Of a DNA stretch of 64,000 bases, positions 1 to 11,744 are shown piece by piece (within the stretch, counting starts at the first letter, position 1; the number at the start of each line of letters is the position of its first letter). The notes beneath the pieces were generated by a model that was given only the letters and a program-made list of their open reading frames with translations, was not told where the DNA came from and ran no database searches. The stretch lies in assembly GCF_037042905.1 (NCBI RefSeq), contig NC_087251.1:20586001-20650000 (forward strand), given 5' to 3'. Position numbers and translations under genes: made by a program. Origin of the DNA: Lytechinus pictus. Lineage: Eukaryota.

Positions 1-1392
1 CCCTATTAGAGGCACCTTTCATTGATATTTCAAAGAAAGAGGTCCGTGTCCGACATAAAAATTGAAGTACCGTAACTAAGTAATATTGACATTGTATTAG
101 TTCAATATTTTGAATTTTTACATAATACTTATTTATACTTATAGTGATAATTTTGCAAATTATGCTTTAAACGTTATTTGTTGAGGTAAAATATGGTTTG
201 AATGGAGTAAACAAAATCAACGTGTTTGATTGTATGAGACTAAAAAGGAAAATATGAGAGGCTGCATGTGAAAAATCTAATTTATTTATTTTATTTGTCA
301 GATATAACGCAAGAAATACAAACATATCTCTGTATGAAAAGTAACCGAAGACAAGGAAAATGTGAAGATTGCTGCAAACATGTCAATTGGGTAAAGTAGT
401 GCTTTGCAATAATAAAACATAGAAAATAAGAGATAAATAAGAGATAAAATAAAATATTTTAAAGATACAATGACCTCAGAATACCGCCCCAGGATGTGCA
501 TATAGATCTAGAGTAAAGTGCCCAAATATCGGACACTTAAGCATAATTGGACAAAAACAAAAATACAATCATTGAATCAAATAAAAATCATGTTTTTTCC
601 GTAGTACAAATTTTTTTTTGGCGATAGATCGAACATGTGAAATCTCGGCAGCGATATTTCCGGCGGATATCACTTCCCCCTTACAAGATTTATTTTGGTC
701 ATCGATCTTTTGGAGTCCATAATTAGCGAGGGTCACAAGAATCTCTGGAAGTCAAAATCATGGATTTTACCCCTGGAATATTTTTTTATTGAGCAGCAAC
801 TTGGATCTACTGTGTGCAGTTCAATTGATATGTTCATGTATCTCATGCATGCAAGTCTCCTACCAGTGCGGGTCCCTGTAGTTATGGGGAGGAAGTTGAA
901 GTCATTTTTGTGCGATATTTGGAACCGTCCGATGTTAGGGGACTTTACTCTGTTTTGTGAAATTAGGCAAAACTTTAAAATGTCATATTTTTGGCATTAT
1001 CGTGAAATAAGTCAAAGTCACCAGTGACAAATTTCCACCAGGATCATTTTTCTACTTGATAGACGGTCTCCACATCAGCCACATGGACTAGTCGTGTGCG
1101 CAATTTTTTTTCTTTGACGATATTACTCTGCCCTCTCTCGATCTCCCTCCCACGCGATCTCATTCTCTTCCCCCTTTTCGTTCACTTTGCTTTTTCAGGC
1201 CAGGCGCATTGCCAGGTGTTCTGTGTTGATTTCTACTTGTAAATTTCAAAATACGCGCAGAGTGCGTATTCTAGTTCATTTCTACTTCAGAAAACGCCCT
1301 AAGTGCGGTCTGAAACTTACAAGTAGAAATGTACTATTAAGACCGTTGTCTATTCCAATAGTCTGAAACCATGCACTTCCTATCAACTGTTC

Positions 1393-1740
1393 TTCAAATT
1401 TGTCACCAGCTATGGGATTTCGGAGATTTAATATACTGCTGGTGACAAATATGAAGAACAGTACGTAGGAGACGGATGGGTTGAGGCTATAATGGATAGC
1501 CTACTATCTTAATTGTTGAATTTCAAATTTGTCACCAGCTATGGGATTTCGAAGATGTAATGTACTGCTGGTGACAAATTTGAAGAACAGTACATAGGAG
1601 ACGGATGGGTTGAGGCTTTAATGGATAACTTACTGTCTTAATTGTTGAATTTCAAATTTGTCACCAGCTATGGGACTTCGGAGTTTTAATGTACTGCTGG
1701 TGATAAATTTGAAGAACAGAATATAGGAGATTGGATAATA
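1393..1740. repeat. 129-bp tandem repeat (~3 copies), each unit with an internal 18-bp inverted repeat
   Basis: TTCAAATTTGTCACCAGC...GCTGGTGACAAATTTGAA units starting near 1393, 1522 and 1651. Confidence 0.85.
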
Positions 1741-2055
1741 AATTATAAACTTAAATATTTCTGTATTGTATTTATTGGATAGTTAACTGTCTGAAAGTGG
1801 CAGAGTGGTATTGAAGAGGAGGGAAAAGAGGGGTTGATGGAATAAAAGTTTAATTACTCTTAATTTAGTGAAAACAAGTGGTGACAAATTTCACGACCAA
1901 TACATAGAGTCTAAGAATATTGATTCATTAATTGGATAATTAACTGTCTAAAAGTGGCAGAGTGGTCTTGAATAGGAGGGAAAAGAGGGGTTGATGGAAT
2001 AAAAGGTTAATTATTGTTAATTTAATGAAAAAAGTGGTGACAAATTTCACGACCA

Positions 2056-3184
2056 AACTAGCACATCAATGATGTGGAGCTCATCCGGCATCTTGCAACA
2101 AAATTTAACACAATTTTAATTTCAGCCCAGTTGACACTGTAGTGAATGATATTGGTGACATAAATTGAGGATATAGAATTGAAATTGATGAAGAAATGAC
2201 ATAGAAGCATTTTTTGTGATCTATGAATAAATTTCATATAAATCAGCATAAATAATTTTCTAGTCAAAATTTCTTAACTCTTGTGTAGAACCTTGATGAA
2301 CCTCATGTAGCTCTCAGATGGAACAAAAATAATCAAAATCAATCAACAAATAAATAAGTATTTTTTGTGAGTTTTGAAAATATAAGAATAAATAAGCATA
2401 TTAATGAGTTTCAAAATTCTGTGTTGAAATTTTGTATCACCACCTAGAGCTATCATATAAAGCAAACAAAATTGAAACTGACCAACAAATGAAGGAGAAA
2501 AATAATTTTTTGTGATTTATGAATAAATTTTGCATAAATTTGCATTAATAATTTTCTAGACAAAATTTTAAAAATTTTGTGTACAAGTTTGGTGTTCCCC
2601 ATGCAACTCTACCAGATGGAGGAAAAAAAAAATCAAAATTAGTCAACAAATAAAGAAGCATTTTATATGATTTTTTGAAAATACGCATAAATTAGCATAA
2701 AAAATGTTCTAGTCAAAATTTCAAAATTCTGTGTAGAAGTTTGGTGAACCTCATGACACTCTACCAGATGGAAGAAAAAGAATCAAAATCAGTCAACAAA
2801 TTCAGAAGCATTTTATATGAATTTTTAAAGATATGCATAAATTAGCATAAAAATTGTTCTACTCAAAATTTCAAAATTCTGTGAAAAAGTTTGGTGAACC
2901 TCATGAAGCTCTACCAGATGGAAGCAAAAAATTCAAAATCGGTCAACAAATAAAGCATTTTTTGTGAATTTTGAAAAATGTGCATAAATTAGCATATTTA
3001 ATGAGTTTCAAAATTCTGTGTAGAAGTTTTGAATCCCCCACCTAGTGCTATCATATAACATGCAAACAGAATTGAAATCGGACTTGAAATGGCGAAGAAG
3101 AAGCATTTTGAAATTGTGGACTGACGACAGACGCCACGCCACAGCATAAGCTCATCTTGCCCTTCGGGCCGGATGAGCTAAAAA
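2056..3184. mobile_element. Helentron/HINE-like (CvA/Tsp-type) non-autonomous element with an internal ~145-bp tandem array
   Basis: Subterminal IR AGCTCATCCGGC (2078-2089) / GCCGGATGAGCT (3168-3179), terminal hairpin 3149-3179, GACGAC/CGCCA microsatellite, A-run flanks; interrupts a ~156-bp tandem array. Confidence 0.7.
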
Positions 3185-3211
3185 TAGAATCTAAGAATAT
3201 TGATTCATTAA

Positions 3212-3796
3212 AGGAGAATGAAACTTTTGGAGCAAGTTAGCTTTTGTGAAAGCAGAAAAATCAAAGAATCAGATCAACAAAAGTTTGAGTAAAATAGGAC
3301 TAGCAATAGAAGAGTTATGAGCATTTGAATGTCGAGATCACTATTGCTATGGAGATCCTCCCATTGGCAATGCAACCAAGATCTATGATGTCACAGATGA
3401 ACAACTCTCCCCTTTTGGACACTGAAAATATACCCCAAAACATCTCTTTTTGCTCATTCTAATCATATGACAAACGATTCATCAATGATATAATGTTGTG
3501 AAACCTCTGTACTTGTCCTCTCATAAAGAGAACACCTCACCTTGTGATAGACTCTATAAAAGTGAGAATATAAGTGAAATAAGTACTAAAGTAATGAGAG
3601 AGTTGTACGTGTGTGACATCACAGTTCTTGGTCGCATTGCCAACTGGGAGGATCTACATGGCATTAGTGATCTCAATATTCAAATGCTCATAACTTTCTT
3701 ATTATTCATTCAATCTTCCTCAAACTTTCAACAATATGTTTCTTTGATTTTTCTCTTTGATATGGATTCAGCTGGTTTCAAGGGTTTCATTCTCCT
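3212..3796. mobile_element. Kolobok-like MITE (TTAA target)
   Basis: TTAA|AGGAGAATGAAAC...GTTTCATTCTCCT|TTAA. Confidence 0.8.
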
Positions 3797-4178
3797 TTAA
3801 TGGATCGTTAACTGTCTAAAAGTGGCAGAGTGGTCTTGAAGAGGAGGGAAAAGAGGGGTTGATGGAATAAAAGGTTAATTATCATTATTTTATTGAAAAA
3901 AGTGGTGACAAATTTCACGACCAACAGAAAAGAATTGACAAATTAAAAAGCAGGAAAAATTAAACACTAAATAAATCAATACTTCGTTAGTGATCAATTC
4001 AGGATAAAACTCACTTTCTGGAAGGGGCGGGGAGATCATTCAAACAATCGAGGGAATCAATACGGCATTTAATTCGACCCCGGAATTCGACTGTCATCTT
4101 ATTTTGCATCTATATTGAGCAAGCTGGAGTGGGTCGACTGTCTTTGGAAAATCTGAATGCTGGTAGGAGTCAGCACAA

Positions 4179-4480
4179 AGAAAGTTATGAGAAAAAATAT
4201 GGCCATATATCATAACCTTGACCTTGTTCATTGAATGAGTGGCCATATCGACTTATCATGTTTGAAGTCACTGGAGACACAAGCAAGACAAGTTATCCCG
4301 CTCACAAATTTCTTCGCATGTAACCTTTTCAATTATTCAGAAATTTGTGAGCAAGATAACTTGTCTTGCTTGTGTCTCCAGTGACTTCAAACCGATAAGT
4401 CGATATGGCCACTCAATACTCATTCAATGAACAAGGTTATGATATAGGCCTATGGCCATATTTTTTCTAATAACTTTCTT
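4179..4480. repeat. Long near-perfect inverted repeat (~135-bp arms, ~25-bp loop)
   Basis: GTTTGAAGTCACTGGAGACACAAGCAAGACAAGTTATC / GATAACTTGTCTTGCTTGTGTCTCCAGTGACTTCAAAC and flanks. Confidence 0.9.
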
Positions 4481-7139
4481 ATTTTTCATCCAACATGTCC
4501 GATTTAGATGAAATTTTCAGTGTTATGCTTGTTGGATTTTTCTCTTTTTATTCAATTCAACTTTTTGTTAGGGTGGACTTTTCCTTTAAGTAAAAAATGT
4601 TAACTTAAAGGAAAAGTCCACCCTAACAAAAAGTTGAATTGAATAAAAAGATAAAATAGGCGCGCGCGCAGATGGGGCCCATGTCTAGGCCCTAACGGGG
4701 AAAGCAAGGAATGGGACTGTACATAAAACTATCATCAAAATGGCACAATTATGCCGTATGGAAAAATAGTCTCATATAACAGAATTTAAAAAAAATCATA
4801 TCAGTGAGCAAATTTATAATTTTACAAGGAATTCACTCTGATTTACTCCTTACCATTGCAGCATATACTGGAAGGACCAATCTGTGGTCTCCTTCTAAAA
4901 AAAAAATCCTTTAAGTTTCAATTAGAATTAGTTTCAGCTCCAATAACTACCGGTACCTACGGTGGCTTGCATTTAAGAGAAGGGAAATAAAAAAAATGTT
5001 GGATTTGCCATATCTACCTCTATATGATTTGCCCATAGTAACGTTATAGAATTACACGTAGGGTCTATATCCTGGGTATACATATAAATAATTACACACA
5101 AACATATTCAAATATTGGTTTTTTTTATTGTTTTAATCATACAATATCTCATTTTTTACAGATTTGATAAATAACTTGACTGAACCATGGACATTTCACA
5201 AAACTTTGTTTCACAGCAGCAAAATTAGGAGAAAATATTTCTTATTTCAGATAATGAAATACGAAAGAAAAAGTGAGTGAGTGATGTCATCATTGCCCTC
5301 ATTTGCATACAAACCAAGATGTGCACGACTTATTTTGTGATAATAAAGCGAATCTTTATTACATTTTTTAATATTACATCTGAGTTTGATGACATTTTCA
5401 GTGTTGTGCTTTTTTGATTTTTTCCATCCAGCCTATTGTTGAGGTGGACTTGTCCTTTAATTCGGGATGGGTTCTTATTGCATTCAATTTATTTTTTACA
5501 GTTGCTACGCTCCTCCACCCTTTCTCTCACTCGATATTTTTAAAGCCCCAAAACCTGCATGTGAATGCAATAATTCATAAGAAAATAAAATGGATCTCAA
5601 TCATGTACTGGATCGAGGACAATGTGTGGTCAAAAGAGCTTGAGGCTCAGGCCAGTTTTCATTTGTTCGTGTATATATTGGTTTTCCCATTGGTGATTAA
5701 CCTGATCAAATCAGTCGGTTCACATGTCCCTATATAGCCTACCGGGAGACAGTACTAATTTTTATCACTCTAGTATTTCTTTAAAGATTTATGTCCCGAA
5801 ATTTCACAATACCATGAAGAAAAAAAGAAAACAAAATAAAAAGTAAAGCAATAACAATTTGAATTCTTTGAACTATTAAAAAGTTTTATAGCACAGGGGC
5901 GGCGGAACGTATTTTCTCATGGAGGGGGGGGGGGGCAAAGCAAAAAAGAGCACTTATAATCAATAAGAATTGGTGCAAACGGGCCATGAGATTATCATCT
6001 GCGTGAAGCAGTTGAACTTGAAACAGAAATGATTTCTGATTGAAAAGATAGGATCTAGGGGATCTAGTTAGGCTCATCCGCGAGCGAGAGTGCACATGGC
6101 GAGCGGTTTGGGGAAAAAAATCAAATCTGAAGTTGTAAAACTCTCTTTTAGTCAATATGGCGCCAAGTTTCTGTTAAGGGCATCTTTGCGCGATGTTGCA
6201 AACGCAAATCGCGAGTTCATGCTTTTAGACATTTCAAAATTAATCATTGCGAGTAGTTTTTTTATAATCTAAAAAAAGATGTATATCAGACGGGCGCACA
6301 GCGAGATGCATTTTTTAACAATTCATCTTGTTTTTTAACATCCGCCCGCCCCGCAGGGCAAGTCCGCCCACCACGTGATTTTCCACCGTTTCTGTGACTG
6401 GATGTAGGTTTTGTTGATAATGTAATGTTAACCTGCCCAAAGGTAGCAACATACCCTGGCGAAGGTCATCTGCTCGGAATTCCAGAAAATTACGGCGACT
6501 CGTCCATTTCGAGGCCATTTTTAAAAAAAAATCCTAAATTTTTCAATATTTTTAAAAGCAAAATTTGCCCCAGGGTGGGTCAGGACGCATGTTCGCCCAG
6601 ACGGCAGTGAAAATTTTCTTTACGGCCCATTTTTCATGATTTTTGCCAAAACCGTATGTATGTCATCGCCGAAAATAAGGTATTAGGCATATACTACCTA
6701 GACCTCTATACATCCTAAATCACGACCTTCCTGCTAAAGAAATGACGATTCTAGAAGAGCGTGAAAAAAGGGGGGCTGACTCGCCCCGCTCTCCCCTGGC
6801 GAGAAAAGAAACCTGTTAAGGACTGCATTTAGTGACTAATGAATAGGATACATATCTTACCAATTGGATAAATGCGGGTGCGAAGCATGAGCCGAAAAAA
6901 TGGTGATATTCCAACCTATAAAATTGTGTTTTACTTCAAAAAGGGAGTTTCATTTTGAAAAAAGGGCACGTATACATTTAATTCATTTTGAAAAAAGGCA
7001 TTTTCGGTTTTGAAAAAATTGCACTTTTCTTCTGTTGTAGTTTGCACCTTTTTGCTGTGAAATTGCTATTTTTTAAGTAGTTATAGCCTATAGTAAATAT
7101 AGGCCTACAATTTTTGCACCCCCTGTCAAGAAAAATGTT

Positions 7140-7750
7140 TTTTTGAGATACCGTAGACTACGAAGACGTGATTTTCCAGCTTCATTCAGCTCAGCTTCAA
7201 TAACGAGAACATCGCTTCAATTCTTTTTCCTGCACGGACAAATTTCAATAATTTTGATCCAAAATGACTAATCAAACTATGGAAGAGATTTGTGACAATT
7301 ATTTCGCATCGATGAATCCAATAGCTTACAAAATTATAGAAGAAAAGAGGAAATGCATGGAGAAAAACAGGAGGAATTGGGAGAGATTGACGCAAGCTGA
7401 GAAGGACTCGCTCCTCGACGAGTGGTTTATTGACCCCGATTTAAAAATTAGGTATGAAATTCGTCTTCAGGGCCAACTCCCAAGCAATAAAGAAGCCCCG
7501 CCGGAAAGTTTTCCGCGGTTGAATATCCAAGGAGGAACGAAGACTGTCCAATATACTGAGCATGAGGATGGGTCGCAAAGCAAAGGAAACGTAAGTTTGA
7601 TTTTAAAAATTGCCCTGGGATTTTTTATTTAGGCCAGGTGATATTACAGAACTGGTAACGCTTGCGACCCGAAACTCCCCGGCCCGCGCACTTCCGGGTT
7701 CCGAATGATCATCGCCACGCTGCGGCGGTACGCTAGTAGAGACTAGTAGT
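7140..7750 (+). promoter_or_regulatory. CpG-retaining promoter/first-exon region of the C1orf198 homologue
   Basis: CpG-rich sequence around exon 1 contrasts with the CpG-poor introns downstream; no TSS can be fixed from sequence alone. Confidence 0.4.
7264..7590 (+). CDS. C1orf198: C1orf198/DUF4706 homologue, coding exon 1 (join 7264-7590,11694-11744,16577-17287,19588-19662; ~387 aa)
   Basis: ATG 7264; YFASMNPIAYKIIEEK...WERLTQAEKDSLLD...FPRLNIQGGTKTVQY resembles the recalled DUF4706 N-terminus (YFSSLSPMARKI...WARLPPAQQDEIID...FPGLRGPTGQKVVRF); GTAAGT donor at 7591, phase 0. Confidence 0.9.
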
Positions 7751-10201
7751 AGAGTGAGTGACAGAAAATAATTTCAATATTGTACGCTCTAAACTTTCCA
7801 ACATCCTTCCAAAGGGAACTTGAATAGAAAGATGATGAAAAATTGTCAAACACCTTTTCAAAGTCTTTATATTCTCAAAATAATAAAATGTGGTCAAAAA
7901 TAAAATAACTTTATACGATAATACGTACGGTACTGTCTACTGATTTTATTTGTTGTTTTCTCAATTTTTTCATTTATAGACCTAGTCATACTCAGACTCA
8001 GTCATACTAGAAAATACATGTTCAGAAATACGATACCTTTTCAAGTGACCAAAATATTTCACATGCGAAGAGGGGTGAGATTGGAAGCTGATATCGCATA
8101 AATGAAAAACAATTTCAGCAACATTTTTACATACCGGTAGAAAAGTCTGTTCATATTTTGTAGGTATTTCTGTATTTATAATTTATGGTGAAAGTTCGTT
8201 GAATTTTATAAAAATAATGACATGTGTTTGATATGATAGAATTCATGAAAAGTGTTCAGTAATAATACAATCCACTACTATACATAATCTAACTTTTAGT
8301 TTTAAGCCTCATTACCAGAATAACAAAGCCCCCGATCGCGATATTTTTAAAAGCGGTGGGCATATTGTTTATCGACCTCGAAATGTGACCGAGACTTGCC
8401 ATGTCATTTGCGAACAATTTCCAGTAGGGAAATTAGAATAAGTGCAGAATACCCCACTTGACGAAAGCATGGATGATTGATATGACCAACGACCTACGAT
8501 GTGATCGGATGTAGGAACAACATTGGTCTTAAATTGAACATGTTCCCAACGATGCTACCTCGAGCGATGTTCGTGCAGGCTCCACTCCACTTCACTACCG
8601 CTACACTACGCTCCACCTACCCGAACATCGAGACGGTGAACCAGTTCGGATACCGAGTCACAAAGGTGGGATGGAAATCATGTTTATGGTATAAATTAAA
8701 GAAAAAAAATATAACGAGAAAAATAACTTAATATCTTACTCTACACCCGTATTTCACTCCGTTTCCATCCTCCGGTTATCCTCAAAATTTGTGATTTTGG
8801 GCCAGTATCTTTTTCCTCACACGTATTATTCACGGCTGATTTCAAAACATCGTATGCGATCGCGATCGGTCGCAGTTCAAACCAAGTTGGCAGGTGCAAA
8901 ACTGCACTAGCACCAAAATATTTTCATTCATTTTAATTTCATTTTGGTCAAATTAAATCTTACCCTGGCACTAGCTTATCATGCATTTGTAGGTGTTTGA
9001 TGGGATCATTGTTTTCTTCTGCATGTGTACAGTAATAAATTTAAACTAAACAACAGATGTGTGACCGAAAATTACAGCTTCCCGTATTAAGGCATAACCA
9101 ATGATGATTATTTACTTACATTTTTCCAGCTTTTCCACTTTTTCGCCTCCGGGCCTTTTCTCATCTTCCTGTTTGTGACTTCCTAATAGTCTTCATTCAA
9201 ATTTTTCTTTTTTTTAAGTTAAAGTAACTTTCTTAAATTTGCTATCATTTTCTTCTCCTTTTGGAGCCTCTTCTTCTATTTTTTTCTGTCAAAGTCCCCC
9301 CCCCCCACCCTCTTCTTCCTTTCTTTACCAATGTATAGACCTACAGGCTACATTATACACAACAGCTAATAAGTCAACAACTTCTGTTATAGATATTTGG
9401 TGCTGCTACTTAAGTTCTACACTGTACAATGTATATCTCCAATGTACATGTTTATTACGAACTTCAAAATCCACTACAGTACATCCTAGAAAACAAAACA
9501 CAACTTTACATGTATTACAGATACATGTCTGTAAAGCTTAGGTCCTCCTTTTTTAATTAAAAAAAAACAAACGTACAGGCATACTCTATGCATAAAATGA
9601 TATGATTGAGAAAAGATTATTTGAAGAGAGTCCTAGGTACGTATACCAATAATGCAGGACTTACCTGAATTTCAAATAGAAAATACTATAAAGTTTATTG
9701 TCTGCCCTTGATTATGAATCAGGAAAAATGAATAAGGAATAAAAAGAAGTAATGCATACAAGCCATGCATATCCAATTTAATAAAAAAATCTATTTATTC
9801 CTGCTCTTCATATACATTTAGCATCTCATCATGCACTTTACAGAATACCGAATGCATGGTTGATCGTCAGCAAAGCAGAGTGTGAAGGAAAATGAAAATT
9901 CAAACTCTGTTTTCTGTTATTGCAATCAGCCTAGCACTCGGCTAACTGAAAATGTCTTTGTTTTGTAAAATTAGTGAACTGGAAGGATAACTTCAAACAA
10001 ATAGTCTTTATCATTCCTTCATTTTCCTTGGATTACATACATGTACAGTGTAGAAGCCTACTGTATAGAAGGGCAGAAAATTAACTTTCCAGAAATGTGA
10101 TTCAGATACTGCCAACCAGATTGATTTTGTTGTTCTACTCTTCATTTTTAAAGCATGAATGCATATTACAAGTTAAAAGAGGACCTAGCTCTGTGTCATT
10201 A

Positions 10202-10624
10202 GGTGGGTTCAGACCGCCTCGAAGTTCGTCAGTTCCAGGTATTTTCTGATCGGGGGGGGGGGGGGGGGTGGCATTTACCCCGATCAGAAAATACCAGGTA
10301 ATTTGGAAATGTGAAAGCAAATTATGCGTAATCTCCCCGGAAGAAAATTATGAGAACTTTCACTGGGATTTTTCCAAGGTCGTAAGTATTTGGCAATGTG
10401 AAAGCAATACGGGTGGCTGCTGAACTAGCAATTTTGAATCTCCCGCCTTGCTAGCTTGCTTATCATACCGTACACTGCGCATGCTCGTAACTTCAGGAAC
10501 TTATCCTGAAGAGATATATTTTGGGGCGTTGTGAATGTGGGAATAATTAACAGGTATTTACTTGCCTGAAAAAAGTTCTTGTAATTTAACCGGGATTCTT
10601 GTGATCAAGGCGGTTTGAAACCAC
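10202..10624. mobile_element. Harbinger-like MITE
   Basis: GGTGGGTTCAGACCGCC...GGCGGTTTGAAACCAC imperfect TIR, TTA on the left. Confidence 0.6.
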
Positions 10625-11693
10625 TAGGCATTTATACTATGTAAGTGATAATTCTAAAAAACTTTTTTCCTGGCATGCACTGACTACATGTATAGGCCTA
10701 CTCCTTACTTTCTTCATTATTGGAAACACTGGCGTACAGATGGGGGAACCAAAATTTTCATGACCAAAGAAAAAAAAAGAGAAAAGGAAAGAGGGGAGGG
10801 TGAAATAAATTATTTTCTGAATATTATGTTAACATATGTTGGATTTTTGTAATAAAAATGTCAAAATTGGTCACTTGCTTCGCTCGCTTGCAACTTTTTT
10901 GGCTCATTACATGTAAAGTACACCACTGATTGGAAAGCTTACTTTTCATTGAACATTGACTGAACAAAAATGATTTAAATGGGAAGAGAACATTTAAATG
11001 TAAGCAAATAATTGAAAAGTATCATCAAAATCATATGTACATGTATGTAAGTTAAAGAAGTTACATGTACAACACTTTAATAAAATTTTATTTCAGTTTT
11101 CCTTAAAAACATTGAAATGCACACCCTGGTCAGCATGCAAATGAGGGAACCAGTAGCTACCCACTATTTTCATATATGAAATAGTTTTCAATTTTACCTT
11201 TTTAAGTTTTACAAGTTTTAATTCCTCCTTGAATATGTGTAGTGGAAATTGTTCAACTTATTGCGAATCATTTATTAAAGGTGATTCTTTATTGTCAAAT
11301 CTGCTAAAATTGAAATATTCATCATGTGTGACATCATCAATTTTTTCATGATACATGTATGTCACCCATATTGTGCATAACTATTTCATATATATAAAAA
11401 AAAAATAAACTTCATAGCTTTCTTCAAGTACATCTACATGTACATGTATCTTATTTTGATGAAATTTTCAGTGTTCTGCTTGTTTGATAAAGTCAAAGTT
11501 CAACCAATTTTGTTGGGTTAGACTTGTCCTTTAAAGATATTACTATAAGAATTGAAGATAAGATATATGCATAATAATGTATATTGTTTTGTCATTTTCT
11601 TACTTCTATATTGTATGATACAGATTTTGAAATACTTTCTTTATGTACCCTGTAGCTACTGGTTCATTTTCTTCCTTAATTTTTCTCTCTCAG

Positions 11694-11744
11694 ACAATTA
11701 CATGGAAGGATGAGTTTTCAGGGCCCTTCTTATGGGAGACTAAG
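11694..11744 (+). CDS. C1orf198: C1orf198 homologue, coding exon 2 (TITWKDEFSGPFLWETK)
   Basis: Polypyrimidine tract + CAG acceptor at 11691-11693, GT donor at 11745; 51 nt, phase 0/0; matches the conserved WQDEHSAPFSWETK motif. Confidence 0.9.

Larger units (their letters stand above)
1775..3925. repeat. ~156-bp tandem repeat (3 copies) split by two insertions
   Basis: TAACTGTCT.AAAGTGGCAGAGTGGT.TTGAA...GTGGTGACAAATTTCACGACCAA near 1784, 1941 and 3809; the third copy is separated by the HINE (2056-3184) and the Kolobok MITE (3212-3796). Confidence 0.85.

Noticed and set aside
298..1027. ORFs of 67 and 110 aa near the window start, and most other short ORFs in the track
   Set aside because: No recognisable homology, non-ATG starts or AT-rich repeat-derived composition, and no supporting splice structure.
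1393..2055. Palindromic repeat units superficially resembling a CRISPR array
   Set aside because: The spacers are copies of each other, no cas genes are present and the context is eukaryotic.
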